In this document: piece after piece, positions 23,961 through 37,500 of the stretch | How positions within the stretch are numbered: the first letter of the stretch is position 1 | How the letters are laid out: every line of letters begins with the position of its first letter | Source of the DNA: Lytechinus pictus | Taxonomy: Eukaryota | Assembly: GCF_037042905.1 (NCBI RefSeq) | Contig: NC_087263.1 | Location: forward strand, 10,728,001 to 10,792,000 | Length of the DNA stretch: 64,000 nt | Reading direction: 5' to 3' | Notes under the pieces: model-generated | Databases searched by the model: none | What the model saw: only the letters and a program-made list of their open reading frames with translations | What the model was told of the DNA's origin: nothing | Program-made: the position numbers and the translations under genes

Positions 23961-26900
23961 GGTTAATGACCTTGGGAGTGTTTCATGCAGTGAATAGTCT
24001 GTGATTTTTACTGACAGATTTGCTCTGAGCCAATCATATGCAAGGACTACAGTAGCTTATAACATTTGTCAGTCAAAGCCACAAGACACACTCCCCGGAA
24101 TGTCATCTGGACTTTGGCTGAGCCTGTCCTAGTGCATGGTGCATTTAATATGGAACTAAAATATTTTAAAGAACTCTTGCACCAAGCATGTCCAATTGCG
24201 GTAGTGACTGAATTCATAATCAGAATGATTTATAAGGGAAGGCACTTCTGGCCAATTTATTGGGTTAGGGACAGGATTCAATGTGGCATGGTCATAAGGC
24301 TTCAGAAATTACTAGCATATCTTATCATTTTAAGACTCCATCAGAGTTTGAAGTTTTGAACAACTCTTTTATAAGTTCAGTTTCTCAAGGAGGTCTAACC
24401 CATTGAGCAACTGTGCCTGGAATATCTCAGGCTAGTATCAGTGGAAACTACATTGATGGAAAGTGCTTCTAGTTGCTAGTATCCTTGGGAGTTTCTGTGT
24501 CTTATTTCAGATCATCTTCAGGGAGAAAACTTTTGAAAATGAAGTTTTTTATGCATATAGTGGAAATGTAGACAACAGACCCACCCAATTAAATAACTTA
24601 TTGTCAATTGGAACCTTTCCAAAGCGTTTGGGAAATGCTGAATTCAGTGGTCAATAGGATTAGTTGCAAATATGGTACAAATAACCCACACTCATGCTGC
24701 ATTTAGTAAATAAGGTGTCTAGAGCAATATTTTCCATACGATTTACTATCAGGTGGTTACTTGATGAACAAATTTTGTACCAACTGATTAATAAAATATC
24801 CCCTCCCTATTGATAAGTAGAACATTCCAAAATATCATGTACATTATTTTCATAAATAAGTATTATTATCATTTGGTGTTAATTTGCATTTTTCTTACTG
24901 TGTAGATGATTCCTTTTTCTTTATTTTCCCATAAAAATGCACATGTTCTTGCCTATAAAGCTGCTTATTACAAAAAAAATAACTTGTTGCCTGCTCCAAC
25001 TGGGTAGCGTTGTTCAAGACCTATGGAAATGGCAGAATTTGATTGGTGTTGAGTTAAGGCCTTGCTAAGATATCTGTGTCAGACATCTTAGCAGGCATTC
25101 TACGATAATGGCACTTTATGCATATTATCACATTTTCCATTCTTTTTTTCTACACGAAGATCAACAAAGAAAAGCCACTTTCGTAAAAGATGTGGTTCTG
25201 ACTATTACTAAATTATCTTACATTGTATTGTAGCCATATTGTCTTGTGCCACTTGTAGTATAGCAGCACAAAGCAGCTGTGCCATATTAGAGTAAAGTAA
25301 GACATACATGTATATGTTTATACATGGATTCTCATGTAGTTATGTAAGGAATTACATTAACCTATCATATTAGAGTAAGGTAGAATATTCAAACTTTATA
25401 TCTGTTTGGTGTTTATATATGGACTCTCATGTAGCTATGTGTGGAATTACATTAAGACATCATTTACCATATGATTAACCAAGGAAATATTCTAATGGTA
25501 GTTGAAATTGGTAACGAGTGACCATTATCCTGAATGCAGATAACAATAAGATATATGACTGCCATTTTATTCACTAATAGAACTTGCAATGTACATTTTA
25601 CAACGAGTTAACCCAGACTATTCAATATATATTTTTTTTACCTGAAAATGCAATAGAGCATTAATATTTTGTTCTCCCCACCCCGCGGACCCTTATTTTT
25701 TAATGGAAATTTTATTTGATTTCAGAAATTATAGTTGCTTTCGTTCTTATTTCTTTTTACTTAAATTGAAATATTGAATTTATTCAGTAACAGGGTAAGT
25801 TAACATGGAGTAGAAGTGAGCAGTTACAAAGAATAACAATCGATCAAAAACTTGCTTTGAATGCTTGATTTTACACAATGATGAATCAAGGACTAAGATA
25901 TTTGTAACGTGGCAGAGTATTGCCACTGAAATGAAAATAATTGTCAAATTGTAAAAAGTTCTAAGGGGAATAATGAAAAAAGGGGCGATATGCTGACCAC
26001 TGGTTTATTATGTACTAGTGAAAGGATATGAACATGACATAAAACAAGCTGTGGAAAATGGCTTTTATTTGCTGAAAGAGTATTTTTTACTCATATATCC
26101 TGGCCGATAAGAGAAAGTAATCTAAATTGAGTCATCTTGTCCCAGTCTTGTCCATAAAACATGTATAAAAAAATCAACATATATCATGTATAAGAAAATT
26201 AACCAAACCAAGGAATATTTCACCTTTTAACCCTAAAAGAGCCGGGTTATTGGACCCATCTCACAGCCGGGGGGGGGGGGGGGAGGGGGGAGGTATTCCG
26301 CCCCCCCCCCCCCCTGAGATCTCAGCATTCAATCGGCGAGCGCCGTGAAAATTTGCACAGTGGTAGTGAGTAATAAATCTACAAGGCTGTATGGTTAATT
26401 TTTTGGAATTAATAAGATTTTTCATTTAATGAATTAACTATGCTAATTTATTAATGAAATACTATCCATCCATCCATCTATCTATACATGTCTTTGTTTC
26501 ATAATAGCGATGATTTTGTTTTTATGCTATACATGTAGAATGAGTATCAATCATTTGTGTTGTATGAATGTAACTCCCTTTTTTTCGCTTCGTCTTTACA
26601 AGAAGAAAGACAGAAATCACGATGACAGCAAGGGTGAATGATCTTTAACTGAAATACTATTATCAATATGTATAGATATACATGTAGTTAAATGTCAAAG
26701 TCTTAGTGATGTAGAATAATTCTGTGATATTCAATAATTTTTTTAATAGATAATGCAATTTTGGGCAAGTTAGAAATACAAAATTGCATTGTAAAGCTTG
26801 TAATCATTGTGAACTATCAGTCTTTTTATGGGACAATTAAGACATTTTATAAAACGCTCCCAGGAGAAGTTTATTGAATTTTGACCAATATTCATTTATG

Positions 26901-29900
26901 TTAATTACTTTAGCCCGAGTGTCCATTGTAAATTAAATGTAAAAGGTTTTGTTTTAACACTGCAATTTTGAAGCAGAAAGATGCACCCACATTTGAATGG
27001 ATTTATATACTTATTGACAATTCTATTTAAATTTCTTGATGAATGACCATTTAAAGTGAGAGGTCATACATGTGTCTCCACAATTCATTGTGTTAAGTAT
27101 TGTGCTTTTGTTCTCCTTTTGTTTTACATACATACATTTAGTCATTTGTGTTCTATTTCTTTCATTTTCTTGTTCAATTTCAAATTATTTTAGACATGTT
27201 ATGGCATGATTATTGTTTGTTTATTAAAATTCAGGGTCATCCATATAGAATTTATTTTCTGTGTGCCAAAGCACTTATATGTTGGATTTTTATATATTTT
27301 TTAAAGAGCATGAAACAGAAGCTTTCAGGACATGACCAAAACTGTCCAAGCTTCAAGCCTTTCTTTATTTATATTTTTGTTTAAGTTAAGTGCTACATAC
27401 TTTCTTTGTTTTCTGATATGACATTACACAGTGTAAATTGTTTGATTGTTCCATACTGCCCAGATCTCTTAAAAAACATGTGTAATAACAATGGTAGTGA
27501 ATGTCAACTTCACCTTAATTTTCAAAGTTATATGTCGTGTATAATGACTTGTAAAAATTATGTAGCTATTTCCGTATTTATACTCTTTCAAATTACAATC
27601 AAAATATAATAACGAATTCGGATATTATTTTCATTACTTAGAATTTATTCTATCTTGTTTGGAAAAAAATGCATGTATTTTTGTATGCCATGTCTTTTTA
27701 CTTCTTGTTGTAATTTTGTAAAGATAAGGTGAAATATTGAGATAGTTATACATTGTATATATTTCCAATTTATATATCACGTCTCAGTTCTGTGTGAAGA
27801 CCAGATGAATAAAATGATATCAATGTACAGAATCGTTTATAGTGATGATTCCTAGAAGTAATTGTTTTACATTCTGAAAAGTGGAAAGATATGGAAAAAT
27901 GGGGGAGAGAGAGAAAGAGAGAGGGAGATGGTGACGATAATTGGCAATTTTCATGGTGATAAGTAGTTCTTACGTAGGTATAAGTTTTATTTTCGTCTTT
28001 TCTTACTGCTATTATTCTTGAAACATGGATTGTAAAGGATTAAAATGCAATACTTATTCCCAACCCCTCCCCCAAAAGAGGTCTTTTAGGAATGTTTGCA
28101 TATTGCTATGCTATCGATAAAATAGAATAAAGAGAGTAAGTGGGGGAGAAAGGGAAGGGGGGCGGGGTAGAAAGAAGGGCAATGCTAGTGGAGTAACAAA
28201 CTTGTATTGTATTACTATTGTTATCGTTACTCTAATTTGCATCCTTATTCCCCATTGTTTAACTTTTTACTGCAGTTTCTCTTGAAGCAAAGAAATGAAA
28301 AAAAAAGGAAGAAAGAGGCTGGGGGAGGGGGTGTGGTTAAGTTTAATGATAAGATCTATAATGTACTGGTTTATCTTTACTATCTTGATTTATTCATATT
28401 CTGATTCATTTTATTTTTATAATACGATTTTTCATCACTCTTTCTTCTGTCTAACTATGAGAGACCCATCTCCCTCGTCACCCAAGATACCCTAATATTT
28501 CCTTTTTTTTTGGCCACTTTAACCTCGAGGGAAAAATTTGTGCTCAATCATCTACCGGTCAAAATCTGAGTATCGGCCCTTATATAGATGGAACGATTTC
28601 CTATCTTGTTCCACGGTAACCAAGAGGGCAGGATTACCGCCCTAATAAAGAACTATATCTGCACGCAATATTTGATGGGGGGGGGGGGGGGGATAATCAT
28701 CCTCATACCGTGTTCCGACATCCATGCGTTCCGGTAAACGATGTTTACACATTTTGGCCCCTAAACAAGTGGTCGCCAGAATATGACCCCGGGGAAAAAG
28801 CTTGGGAGGGGAAACATACCCTAAACACGTTTGCTAGTCTTAAAACAAAAGCTTGAGAAAGAAAAAAAAACATACCCTAAATACATTTAACCCTGCGATT
28901 GACCATTGACCAGTCTTTCAAAACTACCCCTTTTTTTAAATCGGTGTTTTTGATACCCTTAACGAGTGCACGCACGGCCCGCGTCCAAAACTGAAGAAAC
29001 ACCCCTTCAAACGCGTTTTTTTTTGTCACGCATGTGTACAGCAATTTATTTGACTGCCCCCCCCCCCCCCGGCTTCAATCGTTGTGCGGATCATGAGAGT
29101 GGTAACTCGGCCACGTTCTTAATGAGTTCGACCGTCATGAATTATAAGGTCTGATTCAGAATGAAACGTATATGATAATTGCGACGTAAAGAATATCAGG
29201 AATCGTGTGTGTTGGGGTGGGAGAACTGAGATTTGAAATCTATTCATTTTATTCGTTCACAAATTACACAAAAAATACAACAAAATACAGCCAAATACAG
29301 AGAGATGGAGGGGGGGGGGGTGCCGGGCAAAGAAGGGGAAATTGTCCAGTATATCCGACTGCACCATTTTCACTTGATAAGCCATATTGGACAGATTGTG
29401 ATCATCCCCTTCAGGCAGAAAGATTCTATCTTTTGTTTTTGTCTAATCACTTCAGCTGATGTATTTTCTGGATTAAGATCAGGCAAATGTATTGTTTTCC
29501 CCTCGTTTACTGTTTACAGACTCAGATATTTGATCTGCTTGATAAAATTTCAACCATGTCAAAAACTTTCCTTAGCTTGTTGGCTGATCATGTTGATACT
29601 TATCAAGATATTTAAAACGCGTTTAATCCCGGATTAAATACAACGTGTACGTGAAGTATGATATATCAAGTCGGTTTATATTTCGTCTAGGTCTTTCTGA
29701 ACTTGTCATTTTAAGAGATATATTACACTGAATGATTCATAGGGGTTTCCTAATCCACACAAACAAACACACCCTCCCACGCACCCACAAAACACACCCG
29801 CATACGCGCGGCACACAACGCACCCCCACACCCACGCACAATTTCGGCCCCTTCCACGTCAGGAAACGGGAATTCCCGAAATCTACCGTGGTATAAAAAT

Positions 29901-30685
29901 GTATAATGCATTGTATATCATGTATGATGTCTACTATTCACCGTTCCTTGTCATCCGTGTTATGCCTCAGACTTCCCTTTGTACCCCACTAATCTGTGTA
30001 GGCGTCTGGATAAATTCTGTGTTTCTATTTTTGATGATCCATAATCGGAAAAAAGCAACTGTCAAATCTAAAAACTGCTATTATTACTATCTTTCTGGAT
30101 TAATCCGGGCCCTTCAAACAGTATTTAAGCTAGAATCGGACACAAAAAATGGAGACAGACTCAAGTGCAATTCAGCATTCACCTTTCTCTCTTAAAAGTA
30201 TATTTCCCTTTTTTCCGTATTTTTTTATATCGATATTACAACAAATTGACAATACTGACATGACTGATGAGCGATTCCCAGAGAAACTATAAATTAGAAA
30301 CTCTTCTTTTTAAAATATGTTTCCTTCATATTCTAATCATCCTTAAGCGCTACTCAATCTACAACTTTAAATATTATTACTATTGCTTTATATCTATTGA
30401 ATTATTGTTTTGTCATTTTTTATCATTAATGTTTTGTTCTTTCTTGTCGAATGTTGTAATGTTTTATATCGAAACTAAAGCTTTATGGTTTGTTCTTAGA
30501 TTAAGCATAAACTCCCATAAAGTTTAGTAACTACAGGATAATACAGGCTGTAGTATAGATTAAGGACTGGCAAATTACCCTTATTTAATTACGGGAGAAT
30601 GATATGAATCACTTGCTGTATCACTAGGGCTCTTGTTATTTAGATATCTTGTGATTTATACGAGCAAGTTGAACTTAATGCTTAA

Positions 30686-31100
30686 AGGCAATGAAACCTT
30701 TGGAACAACTAGGCTTGTGTCGAAACAGAAAAATCAAAGAATAAGAACAAAGAAAGTTTGAGAAAAATCGGACAAATAATGAGAAAGTTATGAGCATTTG
30801 AATATTGCAATCACTAATGCTATGGAGATCCTCTCATTGGCAATGCGACAAGGATGTGTGATGTCGTATGTGAACAACTTTCCCTTTGATGGACTATAAA
30901 ATACCCCAAAATGTATCTTTTTGCTTTTTCTTATGGTGATACAAACTCTTTATCCATGATGTATTCTTTAAAATCTGTATTACATGCCCTCCTATAGAAA
31001 TAAAGTATGCTCTACTGATAGATGTGTAAAAAAGAGGCAGTTTAAGTGAAATATATACTAAAGTATAATGGGGAGAGTTGTTCACAAGTGACATCACACA
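30686..31100. mobile_element. Truncated TTAA-flanked (Kolobok-like) element; a similar fragment lies at ~19875-20312
   Basis: TTAA|AGGCAATGAAACC start and the AAAATCGG...AAAGTTATG subterminal motif shared with the other TTAA elements. The second terminus was not found. Confidence 0.5.
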
Positions 31101-31880
31101 TCTTTAAAAAAAATATTTTACCCAGGAGCACTTGTTTCATTTTATATTGGGTAGTAAACCTTTTAAAGAATGTGTGTATGCAAACCCTGATCCAACGTCC
31201 AGGGATATCGTTTTACCGAAACTAACAAGATATTATATACAAACTCGAGTCGGAATTACCCTTTACTTATCCGGTAAAAAAGGGCATTGCACTTCATCAT
31301 GTTCTTGGTTTGGTAAACAATATTTTGGAAAACACAAGTTTCGCTGGATTATAAAAAATTAGAATATAGTACGGGCGATATTATACCCAACATTCGTTTC
31401 GCCTTAACCAACTTTTGGCTAAACTATAAACATGGTAAAAGAGTGATTGTATACGAGCCCTTAAGGAACTTGCAAGGAGTTCCTATTACTGAAACTAACT
31501 AGGTACTTAATCAAGACCCAGTCGGTGCTAATAGAGACAGGTAGCGACGCGAAGGCAACATTTACTTCATGTTCCGGTCTTGAATAGAGTTTCTTACCCC
31601 TTTCCGTGGTGATGCACCTGCCCAAAGGCGTTGGGTGACGCCCTACGTGATGCCCTAGCTGTATTGGTCAACACCAAGAAAGGGGTCATGGCGTAAGGGT
31701 TGTATGATAACCCTCTGCAGGATGGAAATCTAATTAGAGGTGATTGGTTGGTAAAAATACAGAAGGCAGATATTAAAGGGATATTGGTGTTGTTGACTCT
31801 ACAGACTGACATTTCGAGCTGATTGCCAAATCCACTTTGACCAATTTACTCCACGTTTAAAGTGTTATTTCCCTTTCGTT

Positions 31881-32170
31881 TTCTTTATCGTCATGACCCT
31901 TGTTAAAGGACAAGCATTTAAGTCAAAATAACACAATCCATAATATACATCATCTACATACGTTTAACCTATTTTAAAGGTTCCAACGAACCTGGATTGA
32001 AATACGCGAAGATATTATCAATACAGTGTATTTCTTTATCGTCATGATAAAGTTAGAGGACATTGCATCTAAGCCAAAATTACCAAATCCATAATATCAT
32101 CCAAACACGTTTAACATATTTTAAAGGGTCCAACGAACCTGGATTGAAATAATTTATTATCAACACAGTG
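31881..32170 (+). repeat. Diverged tandem duplication of ~145 bp
   Basis: TTTCTTTATCGTCATGA...CCAACGAACCTGGATTGAAATA...ACAGTG occurs twice (31881-32028 and 32031-32170). Confidence 0.8.
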
Positions 32171-32875
32171 TGTCACAGAAAAGCAAAAACAAAATCAAGA
32201 ATCATCGATGTTTTTTCATAACTTGATTTCTCCCTCAAAGAAAACGATCAAGGAAAAACAAAGTTCTATTCCTTTAAATAACGATTGAATTTAAATGATT
32301 TATCAAATGAAGACGTTATATCGCTGGCAGAGGTCTGGCTGTCCGTTGAACGCAGTCAATCGCAATTACCTACTGTGCTGCACCGAGCTTAAAGTGTAAA
32401 AAAGAGATGCATACTTTCATTCCTAAAAAAGGTAAAAAATAAATCAATATTGAAAGATCGAAATCTTATTCCATCAGGACTTGTCCTCCATCTCACTCTG
32501 AGAAGAGTGTGATTAGCGTGATTAGGGATCAGATTAGCTCCTTTGCATTCAGAGAGTATAACTGTTTATTTCCCCGATAGATCAAATTAAACTCTATATA
32601 TCATTTGACATGGCCCTGGGAAGCGGGGTAGCTGGGGTGCTGAAGCATCACCAACAATTACCTTGGGGGTGTTGCGTGTATTATTCCCCATAGGCAGCAC
32701 CATCAGGTATTCTGTAAGATGTATAAGAAGGTGACCAAAACAACCTTCAGTTCGTAGTGTAACTTTTTTTTGCTTTTCAAATTTCTCGGGACCAATTTGA
32801 TCTCCATTTTGTTGTGAAAATCTTTTAAGTTTTTTTTTTTTTTTTGGGGGGGTGGGGCTATTCAAATTTACTTCA

Positions 32876-32970
32876 GCATTGTAAAATATGAAGTGCTAAT
32901 TTAGCACTTATAGTGCAGTAACTATACAAGCACTGTAAGTACTAAATTAGCACTTCATTTTTTATAATGA
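32876..32970. mobile_element. Short palindromic MITE
   Basis: ATGAAGTGCTAATTTAG ... CTAAATTAGCACTTCAT inverted arms; a half copy lies at ~33222-33251. Confidence 0.6.
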
Positions 32971-33312
32971 GCCCCCCCCCCCCCACACACAAAATATCGT
33001 TCCCAGTGCCCTGTTATTTGATGGTATTTTTATCTTCGAATAACATGGTCACACTTTGGACACGAAGGGCAATTTATAAAAATACCATATGATACGTAAA
33101 AGGTGGAATTCCGATGGTTCAAGATTCGAGTTGATCAGTAAGAAATGAGTCAAGAACGTTGTGGAATATGTTATCAAATAGTAATAAAAACCATGAATAT
33201 AATTCTTATTTCTTGATTGAATCTAAATTAGCACTTCATTTTTGCAGTGTATCAGCCGCATAAAAGTAAAACATTAATTAGTTTTATTTTGTCACTTTGT
33301 ATTACGTAGTTA

Positions 33313-33357
<45 letters not shown>

Positions 33358-33405
33358 GAGATGAGGCGAGGCCAACTCAACAGATGACGCAGGACACCAT
33401 TATTT

Positions 33406-33445
33406 GCTTTAGCTTTCGTCTTTTAATTGAGACTTCGTCAGAAGC
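33406..33445 (-). ncRNA. Minimal type I hammerhead ribozyme (left arm)
   Basis: Reverse complement of 40830-40869. Confidence 0.75.
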
Positions 33446-34635
33446 GTCTGAAAAATATAAGGAGATACAACATCCAAGTTTGTTTTGCACATCAATGAAT
33501 TATCACCAAGTTGAATATATTCCATAATGACAAATTAATGAATGAACAGATAAATAAAGTAATGAATAATAAATAATTAATTCAATTAAAATAATAATGA
33601 TATAAATGAAAAAGACATACCTGTAATTACAGACTATTGTGATAGTTAAGTATGACCGTATCCTATCTCGTTCTTTAGGAAAGTGGCAAAAATTGCAAAA
33701 AGAAAACATTGGTTGCTAGGTGGTGAAAGCGCAAAGCGCATTGGTAATGCGCATAAAATTTATGTCACAATGAGTATGAATATTCATGATATTAGATATC
33801 GTAAGCTGGAGGATGATGACGAAAACATTGTTTCTTACAAGCATAGTAATCAAATCTCTATGAAACGATATAAATTTTTGAAATCAAATCGAGTAAAGAT
33901 TATAAATAAAATTGTTGATAATTCGCGTAATGACCAAAAGTCTCACTTCTCAAGCTTGGGTCATCTAGAAAGCACCTAACAAATACATAACAATAAGCAT
34001 TAAAAAAATCATTTAATTAGTGACACTGATGTAACAAATGTGACCATGCACATCAATGAATTATCACCAAGTTGAATATATTCCATAATGACAAATTAAT
34101 GAATGAACAGATAAATAAATTAATGAATAATAAATAATTAATTCAATTAAAATAATAATGATATAAATGAAAAAGACATACCTGTAATTACAGACTATTG
34201 TGATAGTTAAGTATGACCGTATCCTATCTCGTTCTTTAGGAAAGTGGCAAAAATTGCAAAAGAAAACATTGGTTGCTAGGTGATGAAAGCGCAAAGCGCA
34301 TTGGTAATGCGCATATAATTTATGTCACAATGAGTATGAATATTCATGATATTAGATATCGTAAGCTGGAGGATGATGACGAAAACATTGTTTCTTACAA
34401 GCATATAAATTAAATCTCTATGAAACGATATAAATTTTGAAATCAAATTGAGTAAAGATTATAAATAAAATTGTTGATAATTCGCGTAATGACCAAAAGT
34501 CTCACTTCTCAAGCTTGGGTCATCTAGAAATCACCTAACAAATACATAACAATAAGTATTAAAAATAATTTAATCATTTAATTAGTGACACTGATGTAAC
34601 AAATGTGACCCACGATTGAGGTTAATTAGAAATAT

Positions 34636-37500
34636 CTATTCTTCTACATTGATGCCGTTTGGTACAAGTGTCTTAAGTTTCAGAATCCAATATGACTCTC
34701 GTTTGAGTATGATTGATTCATGCTGTTTTCTGATAAGTTCTATTCCTACAATTTGAATATCATCTGTGGAATGATTATCAGAACTGAAGTGGGCAGCAAT
34801 TGGGATTTCCTTGCGTCTACTCGTGTGATATTTCTTTATGTCTGATCGTGTGTTGCACATTCTTGTGTACAGTGTATTAGTAGTCTTCCCGACATACTGT
34901 TTGTTGCAGCGTTTGCAAGTAATGAGATATAATACCCATGAAGATTTGCAATTGATTTGCTGAGTAATTGGGAATTTCTCTCCTGTTACTGTGCTTACAA
35001 AATATTTAGTGTTCAACATGAATGGACAGATACAACATTTCTTAGCTTCGCATTTGGATGAGCCCATGTGTTCACTCTGATTGTTTTCAGAGTTGACTGA
35101 AACACGGGACGATACTAATAAGTCTTGAAGAGAGCGGCATCGTCTAAATGCGATAAGGGGCGGTTCTGGAAATATTTCCTTTGTCACTTCAGATTGATGA
35201 AGAATGTCCATGTGTTTGCGAGCAATTTGGGCAACTTTACGCAGGTTGGGGTGATAGGTGAGCACAAGAGGTGTTCTCTTCATTGTTTTGTCTTTCTTCT
35301 TATAATGTAAGAGGTTTTCCCGAGGGATTTCTTTAGCCTTGTTGATGGCTTTGCTCACTGAATGGGGATTGTAATTACGTTTCTGGAGATGTTCTTGCAG
35401 ATCTGCGATACTAGATTCAAAGTTGGCTTCTTCGGAACAAATGCGCCTTATTCGGATTGACTGGCTATAAGGAATGCTATTGAAAACATGGTGTGGGTGA
35501 GATGAATCGGGAAGAAGATAAGCATGGGTGTCCGTCGGTTTGGAGTACAGAGAAGTTTGTAGAACGTTCTCTTTCATGTAAAGTAGAACATCAAGGAAGG
35601 AAACTTGAGAGTTAGATGTTTCAAACGTGAATTTGATTGTTGGATGGAATGAATTGGCAGCTTGGATAAATTGGTCAAGAGACTCCCTGTTTCCAGACCA
35701 GAGAAAATTAATATCGTCAATGTATCTACACCAGGATGATCTGTAAGGCTGTTGTGAGACTGAGGAGAGGAGTTTCTCTTCTAAGTCTGCCATAAAGATA
35801 TTGGCATAAGAGGGTGCAACTGGAGTGCCCATGGCCGTTCCTTGGTTCTGAATGTAGAATTCCCCTGCAAACTGAAAGTTGTTCAACTTCAGAATTAGTT
35901 CAAGTAATCGAACCATATCACAAGTAGGGGGATCTTTCGATCTCCGTTTTTCAAGAGCTTTCTTACAGGCTTGGATACCATCTGCATGGGGAATGTTGGT
36001 ATACAGGGATTTGACGTCGGCTGAGACCAAGAATATCCCATTAGGAATTGGGCCCTCTGAGTTTATTTTGGAGATATGTTTCAGAAAGTGTGTTGTGTCT
36101 TGTATGAAAGACTTAGTATGTTGTACCAATGGACGCAATACTGTGTCGAGAAAGCGAGATATTTGAACAGTAGGGCAAGAACATCCGGAAACAATCGGTC
36201 TTCCTGGATTGCCCAATTTATGTATTTTGGGCAAAAAATACATTTGTGGGCATTCCGATTCGATAGGGATCAGTAATTGCTTGATGTCTTTTGGGACCTT
36301 TATGTCATTTACTACTTTTTTCACTTGATTCAAATGCTCTTTGTTAGGATCACTCTCAGTTTTCCTATATGTCTCCGTGTTCAATTGTCTATGGCCTTCA
36401 GAAAGATAGTTCTGTTTAGATTGAAATACCACTGCTGACCCTTTGTCAGCTCGTTTGATAATAACATTCTTGTTTTCTTTAAGTTCACGGAGAGCTTGTC
36501 TTTCAGAGGGAGAAAGGTTATCTCTGTGTCTTTTGGTGATGAGTGGTTGCAGAGATTCCTCAAGTTTATCTAGGTATAGGGTTAATGCTGGAGGGGGGTT
36601 AAACCGGGGAGACCAAGTGCTTTGGGAAGGTTTTCCCTTCGATAATCTTTCCAAGACTTTGTTGTGTGGCATTTGGTCAGAATCGTTATCATCCTCTTGA
36701 ATCAAACTTGTTTCAGATAATGATTTACTCTTTTGAGAAGACTGCTGATTTTTTTGGTTGAAGTAGCATTTTAGCAGCATGCGTCTGCGGAATGCCCGAA
36801 AATCTGACTGAAGTTGCAGCGCGTCAATTTTCGGAGGAGTTGGGCAGAATCCTAAACCTCTTGATAAAAGTGGTTTAGCTCCTGGAGGTAGATCTTCGTT
36901 AGACAAATTTACAATAAGTTTCTCATCAGCAGTTTCCTCTTTACGTTCAGCACTACTCTTATCTTCGGTAGATATGCCGTGAGAATTCCTTGAATTCTTC
37001 AAATCACGACTTATGAAACTACGCCTACGCTTTACATACATATTACGATTGTATCTACGGTTACTACTTTTCTTACTTGTACTACTATGCTTACATCTAC
37101 TACTTTCGGGATTGCTGGTCCTTTGATCTTGCACCGACACTGAACTTGGGGTTCTCTGTGTGTCCTCCTCTCCCAGATTGTTGATCGCAGACGGAGTGGC
37201 CTGTCGAGAGAGATGTGCCAGTCTGAAGTCCTTCTCTAGTTTCTTGTTCTTCGTTCTAGAAAGTTTCGTGCGTAGGACGCATACCCTTCTGTTGATGCTG
37301 TTCAAAGTGATGTGATAATCCTTAGGGGTGCAGTAATCCCGAAGCTGATCCTTAAGGGTTCCGATGTCTTTCGTTAACGTATCTACATGAGATGCAGCGG
37401 CGTCAGTGCATATATCTCTTAATGTGGATGATGTATCCTCTAGTGTCTGTTGCCATTTCTTAGAGTACACTTGGTTGATGTTAAATGTGAAAGTAGCATT
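34636..37500 (-). CDS. Penelope-like RT + GIY-YIG endonuclease polyprotein, 5'-truncated, otherwise uninterrupted
   Basis: Motifs IVNLS...LLSRGLGFCPTP, IIKRADKGSAVV, YFLPKIHK..PGRPIVS, DVKSLYTNI, GTAMG, YIDD, C-x4-CC-x-C linker and VLYLITCKRCNKQYVGKT. The frame stays open 10 codons beyond the track's GTG start (37470), up to the junction at 37500. Confidence 0.95.
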   Translation of the reverse strand, partial: NATFTFNINQVYSKKWQQTLEDTSSTLRDICTDAAASHVDTLTKDIGTLKDQLRDYCTPKDYHITLNSINRRVCVLRTKLSRTKNKKLEKDFRLAHLSRQATPSAINNLGEEDTQRTPSSVSVQDQRTSNPESSRCKHSSTSKKSSNRRYNRNMYVKRRRSFISRDLKNSRNSHGISTEDKSSAERKEETADEKLIVNLSNEDLPPGAKPLLSRGLGFCPTPPKIDALQLQSDFRAFRRRMLLKCYFNQKNQQSSQKSKSLSETSLIQEDDNDSDQMPHNKVLERLSKGKPSQSTWSPRFNPPPALTLYLDKLEESLQPLITKRHRDNLSPSERQALRELKENKNVIIKRADKGSAVVFQSKQNYLSEGHRQLNTETYRKTESDPNKEHLNQVKKVVNDIKVPKDIKQLLIPIESECPQMYFLPKIHKLGNPGRPIVSGCSCPTVQISRFLDTVLRPLVQHTKSFIQDTTHFLKHISKINSEGPIPNGIFLVSADVKSLYTNIPHADGIQACKKALEKRRSKDPPTCDMVRLLELILKLNNFQFAGEFYIQNQGTAMGTPVAPSYANIFMADLEEKLLSSVSQQPYRSSWCRYIDDINFLWSGNRESLDQFIQAANSFHPTIKFTFETSNSQVSFLDVLLYMKENVLQTSLYSKPTDTHAYLLPDSSHPHHVFNSIPYSQSIRIRRICSEEANFESSIADLQEHLQKRNYNPHSVSKAINKAKEIPRENLLHYKKKDKTMKRTPLVLTYHPNLRKVAQIARKHMDILHQSEVTKEIFPEPPLIAFRRCRSLQDLLVSSRVSVNSENNQSEHMGSSKCEAKKCCICPFMLNTKYFVSTVTGEKFPITQQINCKSSWVLYLITCKRCNKQYVGKTTNTLYTRMCNTRSDIKKYHTSRRKEIPIAAHFSSDNHSTDDIQIVGIELIRKQHESIILKRESYWILKLKTLVPNGINVEE

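Noticed and set aside
33503..34294. Short ORFs of 68-98 aa here and mirrored at 39981-40772
   Set aside because: AT-rich 3' repeat sequence of the retroelement. They recur only because of the duplications and differ in frame between units.
37450..37500. N-terminus MPFLRVHLVDVKCESSI of the 729-aa ORF as a novel fusion domain
   Set aside because: It is the antisense strand of the left copy read across the inversion junction from a TTG codon.
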